From the NCBI GenBank assembly GCA_951406725.2, contig OX597828.1, positions 27,652,001 through 27,716,000 of the forward strand: DNA of 64,000 bases, in the 5' to 3' direction. Positions 12,643-25,825 of this stretch are shown one piece after another; the stretch's first letter is position 1; each line of letters starts with the position of its first letter. The position numbers and the translations under genes were made by a program. Below the pieces are notes generated by a model that was not told where the DNA came from, did not search any database, and worked only from the letters and a program-made list of their open reading frames with translations. This DNA comes from Octopus vulgaris (taxonomy: Eukaryota).

Positions 12643-13176
12643 CAAATTCACTCACAAAGCTTTGGTCAGCTCAGCCATGCTTACGCTTATTTGAATTCTT
12701 TGACTTAATTAAACACTCGTTTCTTCTAATTATCTTCTGCTGTTACAGAGTTATGAGATATATTGTAGTTCATATCTTTACCGAAAACACTTCACTACTC
12801 TCTTCATCTTTTGAAAGTATCATTACATCTGTGACGTTCTTTAAGTACAGCTCTTGACAGACAAAAATAATGATCATGTGACATGACTTTTGCACTCTTA
12901 TACCAAAGATATTCTTGTATCTGCAGACAAAGCTCTTGTCTCTAATTATATTGTGATCAACTAGTGTCGGTTGTCTTGCTGTCTGCCATTAAATTATCTT
13001 GCAAATGCCAGTGTCCATGGTGTCCATATACTAATATACTCTTTAATTTGTTTCAATCACTGGCTTTGGCAATGCTGGAGCACTATCTTGAATGGTTTCC
13101 ATTGTCCATGTTGACCCCTATATTTATGTTAATGTCCAGTTTAATGTCCAGTATATGTTTTAGCAGTTCATAATTT

Positions 13177-13558
13177 TGAAGCACTCCGTCGGTTACGACG
13201 ACGAGGGTTCCGGTTGATCCGATCAACGGAACAGCCTGCTCGTGAAACTAACGTGCAAGTGGCTGAGCACTCCACAGACACGTGTACCCTTAACGTAGTT
13301 CTCGGGGATATTCAGCGTGACACAGAGAGTGACAAGACCGGCCCCTTGAAATACAGGTACAACAGAAACAGGAAGGAAGAGTGAGAGAAAGTTGTGGTGA
13401 AAGAGTACAGCAGGGATCACCACCATCCCTGCCGGAGCCTCGTGGAGCTTTAGGTGTTTTCGCTCAATAAACACTCAGAACGCCCGGTCTGGGAATCGAA
13501 ACCGCGATCCTACGACCACGAGTCCGCTGCCCTAACCACTGGGCCATTGCGCCTCCAC
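13177..13558 (-). mobile_element. SINE family C (tRNA-derived head), tail type 1
   Basis: Head has box A-like tggcccagtggttagg and box B-like ggtttcgattccc. 13-bp TSD cagttcataattt at 13164 and 13558. Near-identical to 24056-24424. Confidence 0.9.
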
Positions 13559-13907
13559 AGTTCATAATTTACCACCACATAAACACAGCATCGTTTGGTT
13601 CTCTTCTCTAGTAGTGTCACGTGTAAAAAAAAACAGACATAGTGACTGTCACATACACAAACAAACACACACACACACATACATATACACAAACACACAC
13701 ACAAACATACACACACACACAGACACACAAGGGATGATTTTCTATACTGGTTCAGTTTTACAAGTCCACTCATAAGGCATTGGTTGACCCAGGGCTATGG
13801 TAGCAAACACATGCCCAAGGTGCCATGCAGTAGGACTGAACCTGGAACCATGTGGTTGGGCAGCAAACTTCTTAAATACGTAGCAATACCTGCATCTCTA
13901 TGGCCTG

Positions 13908-14228
13908 GTTCTCCATTGGTTATGATGACCAATGTCCCTGTTGGTCCAATTAATTGAACAGTTGGCTCATGAAATTAATATGCAAGTGGCTGAGTGCTCC
14001 TCAGACCCACATACACTTAATATAGTTCTCAAGGAGATTCAGCAAGATACAAACAGTGACATGGTCGGCCCATTGAACATATACAACTCATTTTTGCTGG
14101 CTGAGTGGACTCGAGCACTGAGAAATGAAGTGGCTTGCTCAAGGACACACCACACCACAAGGAATCATGCTCCCAACCTTACAGTCATGAGCCAAATAGC
14201 CCGAACCACTGAGCCATGTACCTTCACT
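13908..14228 (-). mobile_element. Older SINE with a different body but family-C tail type 1
   Basis: The 3' part aligns to tail 1 (gcaagtggctgag...tagttctc). The body is ccttgagcaagccacttcatttc rather than the family C body. Confidence 0.6.
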
Positions 14229-14900
14229 GCAACTATAAATAGTCAATGCTTCAACAATAACTTACTCAGGCTTCTGTTTGTGAATTTGCATTCACAGGGC
14301 AATCTAGTTAAAGGGAGTTGAGGGGTTTGTATGCCCTTATCAGCTGAAGCAGTCCGAACACACTGATAATTTCTGTTCTTATTTACAGGGGTCACATCAA
14401 TTATTGACCAGTTTGTATTCAACATTCTGTTATCAGTTCAGCTTCAGTTTTTCTCCTTTTACACTTCTTAGAGATTATTAAGGCTCACAGATTAAACGAC
14501 GCCTGGTCAGTGTTGTTCTGAAGCACGGGTGCACTGGTCAGTTGCTCAGGGGCCCAATCATGACCTATATATATGGTGTGTCTTGCTATCAATAAATAAT
14601 TACTGAAGGTCTAAGTGCATTAATTTGACCAAGGGCCCTATAATGCTGCCAAGGTGGCCCTGCACGTCATCAAGCCTCATGGAAAAATGCATTGCAGATC
14701 AATCCAACCCATGCCAACGTGGAAATCTTTGTGTAATCGAATGCAATCACGTTAATATTGAAGGAAATGATAATGACGATTTGTAACACTGACATATGCA
14801 TGTATATTGAAAATAATTAATATTTCTAACGTATGCCACCTTAAATAATCTATGATGTTAACTGGTTACTTCTTAAATAAGTAAAAAATATTTATAACCC

Positions 14901-14930
<30 letters not shown>

Positions 14931-14933
<3 letters not shown>

Positions 14934-15156
14934 CTTTATTTAAAAGCAGCAGAAATTCAACAAAACCTGTTACTCAGAGTTTCATGTTCCCGTTCGTTGG
15001 ACAGTTTTGTTAAAATTTTAACAAAACTGTCCGACGAACGGGAACGTGAAACTCTTTTAAATAAAAGTAATATACTTTTAAATAAAGTATATTACTCTAC
15101 CCCTAGTATTTGAGTACTCTTTTTTCCACCTTGTTTCACATTTATGTGTTTACTCC

Positions 15157-15158
<2 letters not shown>
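14931..15158. mobile_element. Penelope-like fragment with a 78-bp palindrome containing hammerhead-like cores
   Basis: 14977-15054 is self-complementary with 2 mismatches. The arms carry ctgt-CCGACGA-acg ggaa cgt-GAAAC-tctga-GTA-acag. Flanked by (TA)n. Confidence 0.65.
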
Positions 15159-15203
<45 letters not shown>

Positions 15204-15941
15204 TGTTGCATGAAGTGGCATTAAATAAAATATATTAAAGTCACATTTCACATGTTGAGTGTAGTTGGACACGAGAAGAACTTGTGCTGTGAAGATAGTC
15301 CTAGAAGAAGATTCTCCGCCTCAACATGTATGAAAATCCATATTCAGTGGGGATGTGAAAAATATGACTTTGCATGAAGGTATACGTAAACTTTTAGGAT
15401 TTTGAGAAGAATGGCTTGGCGGGGGGTGTGGCTGTTCTGTAAATTGATTGGTTAATTGATCCATTGATAGCTTAATTAAACATGTAAACATTATTTTTTT
15501 AATGGATTCTGGTCACTGAATCATTTAAAGCATGCAAATAGACATAAGTGAATAAAGTATCATGTGAACATGATTATTCATTCCTTCTTTGTGTACTATA
15601 TATATATATATATATATAATAATTATTTGAGGGAATCATGTGTCGTTATTCTACCAAATATACATGATTTTATTATTATTTTGCAATTTACTTAATCATC
15701 GGTATATTATTGTTATTTTAATTTTAGTATTTCTATTATATGTAATTTTCTAGATGGTGTAATTTAATTGTTCATTTTGAATTGATAAAAGGTGTTTTCT
15801 TTCTAATTTTTATGTATATATATGTAAACACACACACATATTTATATACTTATACATATAAATACACACACACACAGATATATTTATATACTTACACATA
15901 CATACATACATAGATTCATACACACATACACACACACACAT

Positions 15942-15993
<52 letters not shown>

Positions 15994-16290
15994 CTCATGG
16001 CTATATTTTATATAATGATGTAATAATGTATATAATAATAAACAAATTATATATTATTTAGTAATTTTTTTTTTCTCCAAGTGGGTACCATATCATGACA
16101 ATAAATTATTTCCCAAACAAATGTTCAGCCAGGTTTTCAATTCTCACTCAGAAACTGCTTCATTTAAATATACTAACATCAATTCAGAAAAAAAACCTAT
16201 TCTATTCTTCATTAAATCTAAAGCTCAGATATCCTCTGAAAAGAAACCATAAGTGTACATATGCATAGATATACATACATATATATCTAC

Positions 16291-16332
<42 letters not shown>

Positions 16333-16853
16333 TCTGAAATGCACAATCTGTGTCATTAATTATCATAATCTGTCTTGCTGTTTCACATTACGTCTTCTAA
16401 TGTTTATATATACATACATATGTATATATATATATCTGTGTGTGTGTGTGTATATATATATATTTCTATAATGCTGTAACATTAAAACTTCCTTCTATTT
16501 TTATTACCAATATAGTCTTAGGTACTATAAATTATTTATATGTTTGCTACGTTTGCTTCAATAATTCATGCAAATATTAATGTCAGCCACACTTGTATGC
16601 TAAAATGGATGTAAAAATGTTAAGTGATCATGAGTTTTGCTTTACAAGTTATGTATGTATACTGATGTGTGCATGCATGCGTGCATCTATGTGTGTATGT
16701 ATATGTATGTATTTGTACATACATGAATGTATGTATGTCTGTGCATGTGGACATGCATGTATGTATGCATTAAAAAATTGTATATCTTTTATCACCCACT
16801 ACAAAGACGGATACACACACACATACATATATCCATCTATCTAAACATACATT

Positions 16854-16889
<36 letters not shown>

Positions 16890-17120
16890 TGTATATATGT
16901 ATTTATACATGTGTGTGTTTGTGTGTGTGTGCCTGTCCTTTTGATAGTTGTAAAAGAATGTCAGTGTCATACAATATGCTGCAAGAACTTGTCTGGCCAA
17001 GGGGAAATGTTACCTTGCTTTGAAACAGGTGAACATTGGTGCCAGGAAGGTTTTCTGCTCATAATAAATTTGCCTGAAATAAACTCTGCCCAACCCATGC
17101 TAGCAATGAAGAAATGGATG

Positions 17121-17165
<45 letters not shown>

Positions 17166-17548
17166 TTGATGATGATGATGATTGATAGATAGATAGCATC
17201 ATTAACATCAGCATCAATCAACGTACATTTTTCCATGTTCGTTTGTATGTGTATGTATATTTATATTTATATAGATACATACACACACGCACACACAGAT
17301 ATATGTATAAGTAAAGATATTTCTATTTGTATACACACACACACACACATCAACACTACTACTACTACTACTAGCTTTGTCTTTCAATGATACACACTAA
17401 GTCATTTAATTACATATTTCAGAATTTTTAATTTTATTGTATTTCAGAGTCTACAATTTATTTTCCTGTGTTTAATTGCTAATATCCACTTTTGTGTGTA
17501 TGTGTGTGTTTATATGTATATGTATAACTATATATGTGTGTATATGTA

Positions 17549-17599
<51 letters not shown>

Positions 17600-17610
17600 A
17601 TATATATATA

Positions 17611-17641
<31 letters not shown>

Positions 17642-17702
17642 ATATATATATATGTGTGTGTGTGTGTATATATATATGTGTGTGTGTGTGTGTATATATA
17701 TA

Positions 17703-17733
<31 letters not shown>

Positions 17734-17740
17734 GTGTGTG

Positions 17741-17807
<67 letters not shown>

Positions 17808-17864
17808 AGAAATGAATATGTGTGTACATATATGTATATATACACATATTCATTTGTGGATAAT

Positions 17865-17899
<35 letters not shown>

Positions 17900-17921
17900 C
17901 CATGAATGAATATGTATGTAA

Positions 17922-17960
<39 letters not shown>

Positions 17961-18015
17961 TTATATTATATAGATACATACACACACACACAGATATATG
18001 TATAAATATATATCC

Positions 18016-18108
18016 GTCCTTCCAAAACACCTGGGAGACCTGCATGGTGTGGGTGGGGGTGTCTTGAAAACTAAGGTGGATCCCCTTCTGTCAAGGGTTC
18101 TGGATGAG

Positions 18109-18110
<2 letters not shown>
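18016..18110 (+). mobile_element. Degraded LINE ORF2 C-terminal fragment (CR1-group-like)
   Basis: Reads approximately LPKHLGDLHGVGGGVLKTKVD..LSRVLDEP, which resembles the LPxxLR..FKxxLDxFL..VPDEP terminus. Confidence 0.45.
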
Positions 18111-18139
<29 letters not shown>

Positions 18140-18144
<5 letters not shown>

Positions 18145-18560
18145 TAAGAGCTGGTAGAATTCTTATGTAAATATAGCCATTACCGCAGGAACTCTGTAAA
18201 CTAACAATTCTCTTTTCTGATATTGGAATGTTTCCAATGCCAGCCTTTGGTCTTACCAGTTTCTTCAAAATCTTTGTTCTTACAATGCCTCCTTTGTATT
18301 GCATTTTCAATCTGATTGTCCTTTCTGTAACTTATTTTGCTATCTAAATGCTTATATCATAAATATATTAAAACAATATGATCATTAGATACTCATTGAA
18401 CTCTGTACCTTTTTTTTTTCCTCTTAATCCTTCATGCTGAAGAGCACAGGCTTGAAACATAAAAGACTTTTCCATTTTTCCCAAGTGTTCAACTAATACA
18501 CCTGCTTGTTGTTCCTACATCCGTCCTTGTCTTTTGTTTCCTGTAAATTTGAACTGTGTA
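18140..18560. mobile_element. Penelope-like fragment with a degenerate minimal hammerhead core
   Basis: CTGAAGA-gc acag gctt-GAAACATA at 18437-18461, between TA/TG microsatellites. Confidence 0.45.
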
Positions 18561-18793
18561 TGTGTATATATATATATTGTGCATGTGTGTGTGTATATGA
18601 AGGTATATATGTATAAATATACACAAATAAATATTAATATTTGTTTTTTATCTTATAATAAAACAATTTTACATTCAATTGATGTATACTCAATACATTT
18701 GGTAGAGTACAAGTTTACTAGTCGTTAACAAGAATAGTAACAACAGTGACTTTGAACTCAAAACTAGCTGTAACTTTGAAGTTACTATATATA

Positions 18794-18938
18794 TCTATTA
18801 TATAAAATTCGTTCTGTCTGTGTGTGTGTGTGTGTGTGTCTTCTAGGATCTCGGGCATCCTCCATCCGATTGCGCTCAAATTTGATATGTAGATACCGAC
18901 AGTATCAGGGCATGTATAAATATTGAAAAAATCGATAA
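18794..18938 (+). mobile_element. 5' part of a second Helitron-type element
   Basis: TCTATTATATAAAA start, then a GTCT/GT repeat, then ccgatt...aaatttga. Same layout as 1280-1659, but the 3' end is missing. Confidence 0.55.
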
Positions 18939-18973
<35 letters not shown>

Positions 18974-20031
18974 TATGACGGGCTTCTTTTTCAGTTTCCG
19001 TCTGCCAAATCCACTCACAAGGCTTTGGTCAGCCCGAGGCTATAGTAGAAGACACTTGCCCAAGAACCATGTGGTTGGTAAACAAGCTACTTACCACATA
19101 GCCACTCCTGCGCCTATATATTTCTTCTATTTTTAAAACTATAAATGTACTTCAGTATATAGTAATTTTAAAACCAGTCAATTATTCCTGGACTCATTTC
19201 TACCAATATAATGTAGTTTGGTGTCTGGTTACAATTTTATCCATTTCCAGTATCATTTGAATTTTACATCTCTGGTTATCTTCCTCACTAACATTCTCAG
19301 TTCCATCACAGCTGCTACCAGCATCCTTACAGTAAGCTCCATCTCCGTCAACCCTCTGTTTTTGCTATTTATTGCTACCCATTGTCAATCAAACATTGCA
19401 ATGTTTTACATACAAGTTTTTTCTAGATTATACTGAAGCTCTATCTACTTCAGTTCATGTTTAGAATTTTAATCTATCTTCACAAATGAACAAAAAGGAG
19501 AGAAACAATCTCTGTTTCTTCTTTTTTTTTTTTTTTTGTATTTCTGTTACCCTCGCCACCTCCACCCCCTTTGCACTGCATGTGATTGAAAATAAATTTT
19601 AATGTGTCTTTAATCTAGAATTTATCTGGTTTGTTTACCTATCTACACGAAATACATGCAGACTCATGCATGCTCATAGACACATCTGTATATTTACATC
19701 AGATATGACCAAAAAAAAATATTTAGTTATGTAGACACATACAGAAATTTAGTGTGTGTGTGTGTGTGCATGTGCGCGTGTGTATGTGTATGCGTGTGAA
19801 AATGTTAATATTTGCACGTTTGAATATATGCATTTCAGCGTGTTTATGTATATGTCCTTATGCCTGCAAAGATGCTAATATTTACATGTAAGAATATGTA
19901 TATGTGTGTGTGTGTGTGGGAAGAAGTATGTGAGTATGAGCACTTGCATACATGTGTCTTGGGATGTACGTGTGTATATATATATATATATATTTACACA
20001 CACATGTGCATACATATAGACATATCCATAT

Positions 20032-20067
<36 letters not shown>

Positions 20068-20430
20068 GTGTGTATATGGGTATGTCTATATGTATGCACA
20101 TGTGTGTGTAAAGGTATATGCATGTATATCTATCTACTCTACAGACACACACACACACACACATGTTCCTATACAAAAAGCTTGTTGTTGTGATTAAGTC
20201 TGAAACAAATGTAAACGAAGTCTTCCAATTATACTCAGTCTTTGTATGTTTAAGGAAATGTTTTTGTCCTAAATCAGTGTTTGTAACAGCTGCTGCTCAA
20301 ACAAATAAGCCCTCGCAAGTTGTGATCCTGCTTTGATAGACTACCCCTCTTCATTTACTCCTCTATATATTTTTTTCACCTTTTTTTTTTTTTTGTCAAA
20401 CTACCAAATATTGGATTTGGATTCCTTTAC

Positions 20431-20528
20431 CTTTTCCATTTCCTCTTTCTGCTTGAGGAATTTATTTTGCTTTTCCTTCTTTCTAGTGTATGCCATGTGA
20501 CCAACACAATCATGTATGTTTGGTTGAT
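20431..20528 (-). CDS. Candidate 98-nt exon (DQPNIHDCVGHMAYTRKKEKQNKFLKQKEEMEK), unidentified
   Basis: Minus-strand acceptor ttttcttcttttatttgacag, an open frame (phase 1 to 0) and donor aag|gtaaag. Confidence 0.3.
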
Positions 20529-20807
20529 CTGTCAAATAAAAGAAGAAAATCATTCTTTGGTTACTGGTGTTCAACCCTTTTTGTACTGACTCACATGAGA
20601 GTGTGCACTTTATTCTGTGATACAAAATCCCTGTTTTCAAGGAATCTCTATTAATACATTCCATTAGAATCCAATAAAGTGGTGAGCTGACACAGTCATC
20701 GGACAAAATGCTATCTGGTATTTCTTCCTGCTGTTTATGTTCTGAGTTCAATCCCTACTGAGGTCAGCTTTGCTTTTCACTCCTGCAGGTTGATAAAATA
20801 GAGTACC

Positions 20808-21030
20808 TATTTCTTTATTACCCACAACGGGCTAAACATAGAGGGGACAAACAAGGACAGACATAGGTATTAAGTCGATGACATTGACCCCAGTGCATAA
20901 CTGGTACTTAATTTATCGACCCCCGAAAGGATGAAAGGCTAAATCGACCTCGGCGGAATTTGAACTCAGAATGTAACAGCAGACGAAATACGGCTACACA
21001 TTTCGCCTAGCGTGCTAATGTTTCTGCCTT
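20808..21030 (-). mobile_element. SINE family B nested in an older, opposite-strand family-B-like copy
   Basis: 15-bp TSD ataaaatagagtacc on both sides. The host copy runs about 20680-20807 and resumes after 21030. Confidence 0.85.
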
Positions 21031-21087
21031 ATAAAATAGAGTACCAGTCAAGGACTGAGTTCAATGAAATTGGTTTGTCCTCTCTGT

Positions 21088-21126
21088 GGGTGCAGATCTT
21101 GGTGATAGTAGCAAATATTCAAACGA
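21088..21126 (+). pseudogene. Isolated 28S rRNA fragment
   Basis: gggtgcagatcttggtgatagtagcaaatattcaaacga matches the conserved eukaryotic LSU core ggtgcagatcttggtggtagtagcaaatattcaaacga, recalled from memory, with one G>A change. Confidence 0.8.
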
Positions 21127-21384
21127 TACCTTGGAGACCTGCTGCAGATTGTGGATACTGACCGACTCAAGAGCTACAGGTCATTGGGGACACTAATCAG
21201 AATTACAGACTTTGAACCCTGCAAGAGACCTGCAGAGAATGTTGTGTTTTTGGTTACTTATATGTTATGGAAACTTGGTAACCTGCCTTAAAAGCCTTAG
21301 GGCTCAAGAAAAAAAAATATCCATGTCAATTTTCGTTACAAACATTTACCTTATGAACACAAACCTATTTCACTAAATTCTTTG

Positions 21385-21690
21385 TAAAAAGCACCATCCG
21401 ACCGTGGCCGTTGCCAGCCTCGCCTGGCCCCCGTGCCCGTGGCACGTAAAAGCACCATTTGACCATGGCCGTTTATCAGCCCCATCTGGCACCCATGCCG
21501 GTGGCACGTAAAAAGCACCCACTACACTCACGGAGTGGTTGGCGTTAGGAAGGGCATCCAGCCGTAGAAACATTGTCAGATCAGACTGGGCCTGGTGCAG
21601 CCTTCTGGCTTCCCAGACCCCAGTTGAACCGTCCAACCCATGCTAGCATGGAAAGCGGACGTTAAATGATGATGATGATGATGATGATGA
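21385..21690 (+). mobile_element. Retroelement 3' end with (GAT)n tail (family D, probably an RTE LINE 3' UTR)
   Basis: gtggcacgtaaaagcacc...ttggcgttaggaagggcatccagccgtagaaac...gacgttaaa(tga)n. Other copies lie at 48715-48980, about 40290-40430 (-) and about 40990-41180. Confidence 0.7.
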
Positions 21691-21863
21691 AAATGAATTG
21701 AGACATGTCAGGGCACCACCTTGAAGAGGGTTCTTAGTCAAACAGATGAACCCCAGTATCTATTTTTTTTAAGCTGGGCACTTATTGCATTGGTCTCTTT
21801 TACTGATCTGCCAAGTTACTGGGATGTCATCAAACCATCACCATGTGTCAAGTGTTGGCTGGA

Positions 21864-21899
<36 letters not shown>

Positions 21900-22072
21900 A
21901 GACAGCTTCCATACAGTTTCCATCTACCATATTCACTCAAAAGCGATTGGTTGACTCACCGCTGTAGTAGAAGACACTTGACCTTGGGGCTACACAGTGG
22001 GACTGAACCTGAAGTCATATGGTTGCAAAGTGAGCTTCTTAACCGCGCACCCAATTAGCAATGTAGTCTCTC

Positions 22073-22110
<38 letters not shown>

Positions 22111-22176
22111 GCATGCACGTGCATGTGCAACATACACCAAAGCCAAACAGCTGCTATGGTATTCTTACTAGGTTTG

Positions 22177-22413
22177 TGTGAAGGCGGCGAGCTGGCAGAA
22201 TCGTTAGCACGCCGGGCAAAATACATAGCCGTATTTCGTCTGCCATTACGTTCTGAGTTCAAATTCCGTCGAGGTCGACTTTGCCTTTCATCCTTTCGGG
22301 GTCGATTAATTAAGTACCAGTTACGCACTGGGGTCGATGTAATCGACTTAATCCGTTTGTCTGTCCTTGTGTGTCCCCTCTGTGTTTAGCCCCTTGTGGG
22401 TAGTAAAGAAATA
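22177..22413 (+). mobile_element. SINE family B, full length with 19-bp TSD
   Basis: Head ggcggcgagctggcagaatcgttagc, box B-like gagttcaaattcc and TSD ggtattcttactaggtttg (22158-22176 and 22414-22432). Older relatives lie near 8270-8700, 39836-40048, 46150-46400, 52215-52413 and 52850-53066. Confidence 0.9.
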
Positions 22414-23524
22414 GGTATTCTTACTAGGTTTGAATTTCATTGAAATGCTTATGAGTCACTTAGTTAGCTGAGCCATGATGATGCTTTCCGTGTGTCTGTA
22501 TTTCAGGGGAAGCAGAAGCAGGTTGTTTAGTGAGCTAAATACAGAGTAGAATAGAATTGTGCAGTTCCTTTTGATATAGTTCTCCACAAGTAATTAACTA
22601 TAAAACTGAATATTTATCATCTGAGGATTCTTCACATATTAAATTAATTTATACAATAATTATTTTTACCATAAATAATTATTATAAAACTATAAATAAT
22701 TACTATAAAACAACCAAACAATTTATGTATGTTTCTTCAAAGTATTGTTCATTGATTTTTCTGTGTTTCTTTATATTTAAAATAATTGACAAAAGTTGAG
22801 AAATACATGAGCTACACAAAAACACAACCACAGACAATTGCTAGAAACTTTAGATTTACTACAATCCCCCCATACACTGCTATTCATTTCCAAAATAATC
22901 TTCTATATTTTGCTTCACATCCTGAAGAAATTCCGAGCATGGAGTTTACCATTTAAGAAAACTCCAGTAATTTCCCTCACACCTTCATATCAAAAAATGG
23001 TAATTTTAAGACAAAAAAACAACAACAAAGAACAAAAAAAGAGGGTTTATTTCTGTTTCTGGCTATAAAATTGTAAATGCAATATTACCTAACCAAATAA
23101 AATGTCTGGTGTAATGAAATATAAATTTAGTTTGAAAATATTTTATTAATCATATTAGAATATGAGTTATTTTAGTTTTATATTAAATGCTGCAACATTG
23201 TTTTGAAGTTCTATACTCTGTAATTATTGGAATATTAAAGAGAATAGAGCGTCTTAAGATACTCCAGATCAAATTCATTCACATTGTAATTTACTGTTTA
23301 TATATGCAATTATGTTTTAAATTAATCAATAATCAATGTATGATTATTAAAAAGCAATTCATATTTATATATATATACAGATATATCTATATGTGTGTGT
23401 GTGTGTGTATATATAGATATATATATATCTTTATGTATATATGTGTGTTTAGACTTATGTGTGAGCATATATAATAATAATATTAATAATAATAACAACA
23501 ACAACAATAATAATATGTATGTAC

Positions 23525-23572
<48 letters not shown>

Positions 23573-23581
23573 GTATATATG

Positions 23582-23622
<41 letters not shown>

Positions 23623-24055
23623 ATGTATGTGGAGAGACACAGACAGACAGACACACATCAGTAGATAGATGTCTATGTGTATATAAGTGTAAACTGTCTT
23701 TTAATATACACAAGGAGTGTATATATTTACAATTTATGTCTTTTATGTACAAGCATCTATCCTTTTTTTTTTTTTTTTTTGCCTTCAGATACTTATTGTA
23801 GATAATGTAGTGAAACATTAAAACACTCGTTAACATATGTAAAACTCTACTGAAAATACTCAGGAAGTGTATAAATAGTATGTTTATATTTGTTTCATAT
23901 AATGCATTAGCTCTTGTGGATGAATAACACCTTTAATTTACTGTTAAATACTAGTCCGAAATTGTTTCCCTTCGTAGTTTTAGCTTTGCCCTGTGTATCA
24001 GTCGCGCTGCAATTTTATCAGTTATAATCATGCATAAAACAGTGCTATAGTAGTA

Positions 24056-24424
24056 GCACTCCTTCGGTTACGACGACGAGGGTTCTGGTTGATCCGATCA
24101 ACGGAACAGCCTGCTCGTGAAATTAACGTGTAAGTGGCTGAGCACTCCACAGACACGTGTACCCTTAACGTAGTTCTCAGGGATATTCAGCGTGACACAG
24201 AGAGTGACAAGGCCGGCCCTTTGAAATACAGGTACAACAGAAACAGGAAGTAATAGTAAGAGAAAGTTGTGGTGAAAGAATACAGCAGGGATCACCACCA
24301 TCCCTGCCGGAGCCTCGTGGAGCTTTAGGTGTTTTCGCTCTATAAACACTCACAACACCCAGTCTGGGAATCGAAACCGCGATCCTATGACCGCGAGTCC
24401 GCTGCCCTAACCACTGGGCCATTG
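24056..24424 (-). mobile_element. SINE family C, tail type 1
   Basis: Near-identical to 13177-13558. Confidence 0.9.
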
Positions 24425-24503
24425 AGGAAATATGGTAGTTCTGTCATATATATGATGATACAAATAACTATCCATCCTGTCTTCCTTCCTTCTCTTTCAA
24501 TAG

Positions 24504-24899
24504 TCTTTACTCTTTTACTTGTTTCAGTCATTTGACTGCAGCCATGCTGGAGCACCGCCTTTAGTCGAGCAAATCGACCCCAGGACTTATTCTTTGTAAG
24601 CCCAGTACTTATTCTATCGATCTCTTTTGCCGAACCACTAAGTGACGGGGACATAAACACACCAGCATTGATTGTCAAGCGATGCTAGGGGGACAAACAC
24701 AAACACATACGCACACACATATATATATATATACTCGACAGGCTTCTTTCAGTTTCCGTCTACCAAATCCACTCACAAGGCATTGGTAAGCCCGGGGCTA
24801 TAGCAGAAGACACTTGCCGAAGATGCCACGCAGTGGGACTGAACCCGTAACCATGTGGTTGATTAGCAAGCTACTTAACACACAGCCACTCCAGCGCCT
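24504..24899 (-). mobile_element. SINE family A, full length
   Basis: Reverse complement of 27812-28221: tRNA-like head, internal TA/GT microsatellite and a gtaaaaga-type tail. Confidence 0.9.
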
Positions 24900-25083
24900 T
24901 CAATTTCCACTTTTTCATGCTTGCATGGGTCAGACAGATGTCAATGAAGCTGATTTTCTATGGATGGATGCTCTTCCTGTCATTAACCTTGCTGTTTCCA
25001 AGCAAAGTAATATGTCCCTAGTGTCCAGACATATTTCCATAGAAGATTGGAAAAGAACAACACTGCTTGTATGATGGGAGAAT

Positions 25084-25451
25084 TATAAATGTCACTAAAT
25101 GTGACTAAGGTGTTAGGAAACAACTACATTGCTAGAAATAAGAGCTAAACCACATTAGTGAATCACTAAATCATTCAATTATTTGGATGATAGAAACATA
25201 AATATTGATAGTGAAGTGAGTCCAGAAAGAGCCAAACAACAAAGTGCTCTTAACTGATAAGGCAAAAGAAATTACCGAAAATGAAGCATCAGTATTAAGA
25301 ATTTTCAATCAGCACTTTTCAGACGATTATTGTCTCTGTTAGTGAATGTTTTCATTCATGTGTGTTAATTACAGCGTTAAAGCTGTTTAGCTCTTATTTC
25401 TAGCAGTGTATGTGATTCCTAACACCCTTGTCACATTTAGTGACATTTATA
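25084..25451. mobile_element. MITE or fold-back element with about 67-bp imperfect TIRs
   Basis: tataaatgtcactaaatgtgac...gctagaaataagagctaaac (25084-25150) is the reverse complement of 25385-25451 with a few mismatches. Confidence 0.75.
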
Positions 25452-25460
25452 TTGATATAT

Positions 25461-25775
25461 GCGGAGGCGCAATGGCCCAGTGGTTAGTGCAGCGGACTCG
25501 CGGTCGTAGGATCACGGTTTCGATTCCCAGACCAGGCATTGTGAGTGTTTATTGAGCAAAAACACCTAAAGCTCCACAAGGCTCTGGCAGGGGGTGGCGG
25601 TGGTCCCTGCTGTACTCTTTCGTTACAACTTTCTCTCACTCACTCTTTCTTCTGTTGGCCTGCTCGCTTAGCCAGCGTGGTGGCGTCATTTGAAGGCTAA
25701 AACAATGCAAGATGCATTTTGACCAGCGATGTGTAGCAACATCTGATAGCCTGGTCAGTCACGGTGATCACCATG
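25461..25775 (+). mobile_element. SINE family C, tail type 2
   Basis: Family C head and body, then ggcctgctcgcttagccagc...gaccagcgatgtgtagcaacatctgat. Confidence 0.85.
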
Positions 25776-25781
25776 ATATTG

Positions 25782-25825
<44 letters not shown>

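Noticed and set aside
22474-22625. C/D snoRNA (ATGATGA...CTGA) or 15-nt microexon GKQKQ
   Set aside because: No terminal stem or recognisable guide, and the donor gttgtt is weak.
25461-25535. tRNA gene (also other SINE heads)
   Set aside because: Box A/B-like motifs continue into a multicopy SINE body with TSDs, and there is no proper acceptor stem or terminator.
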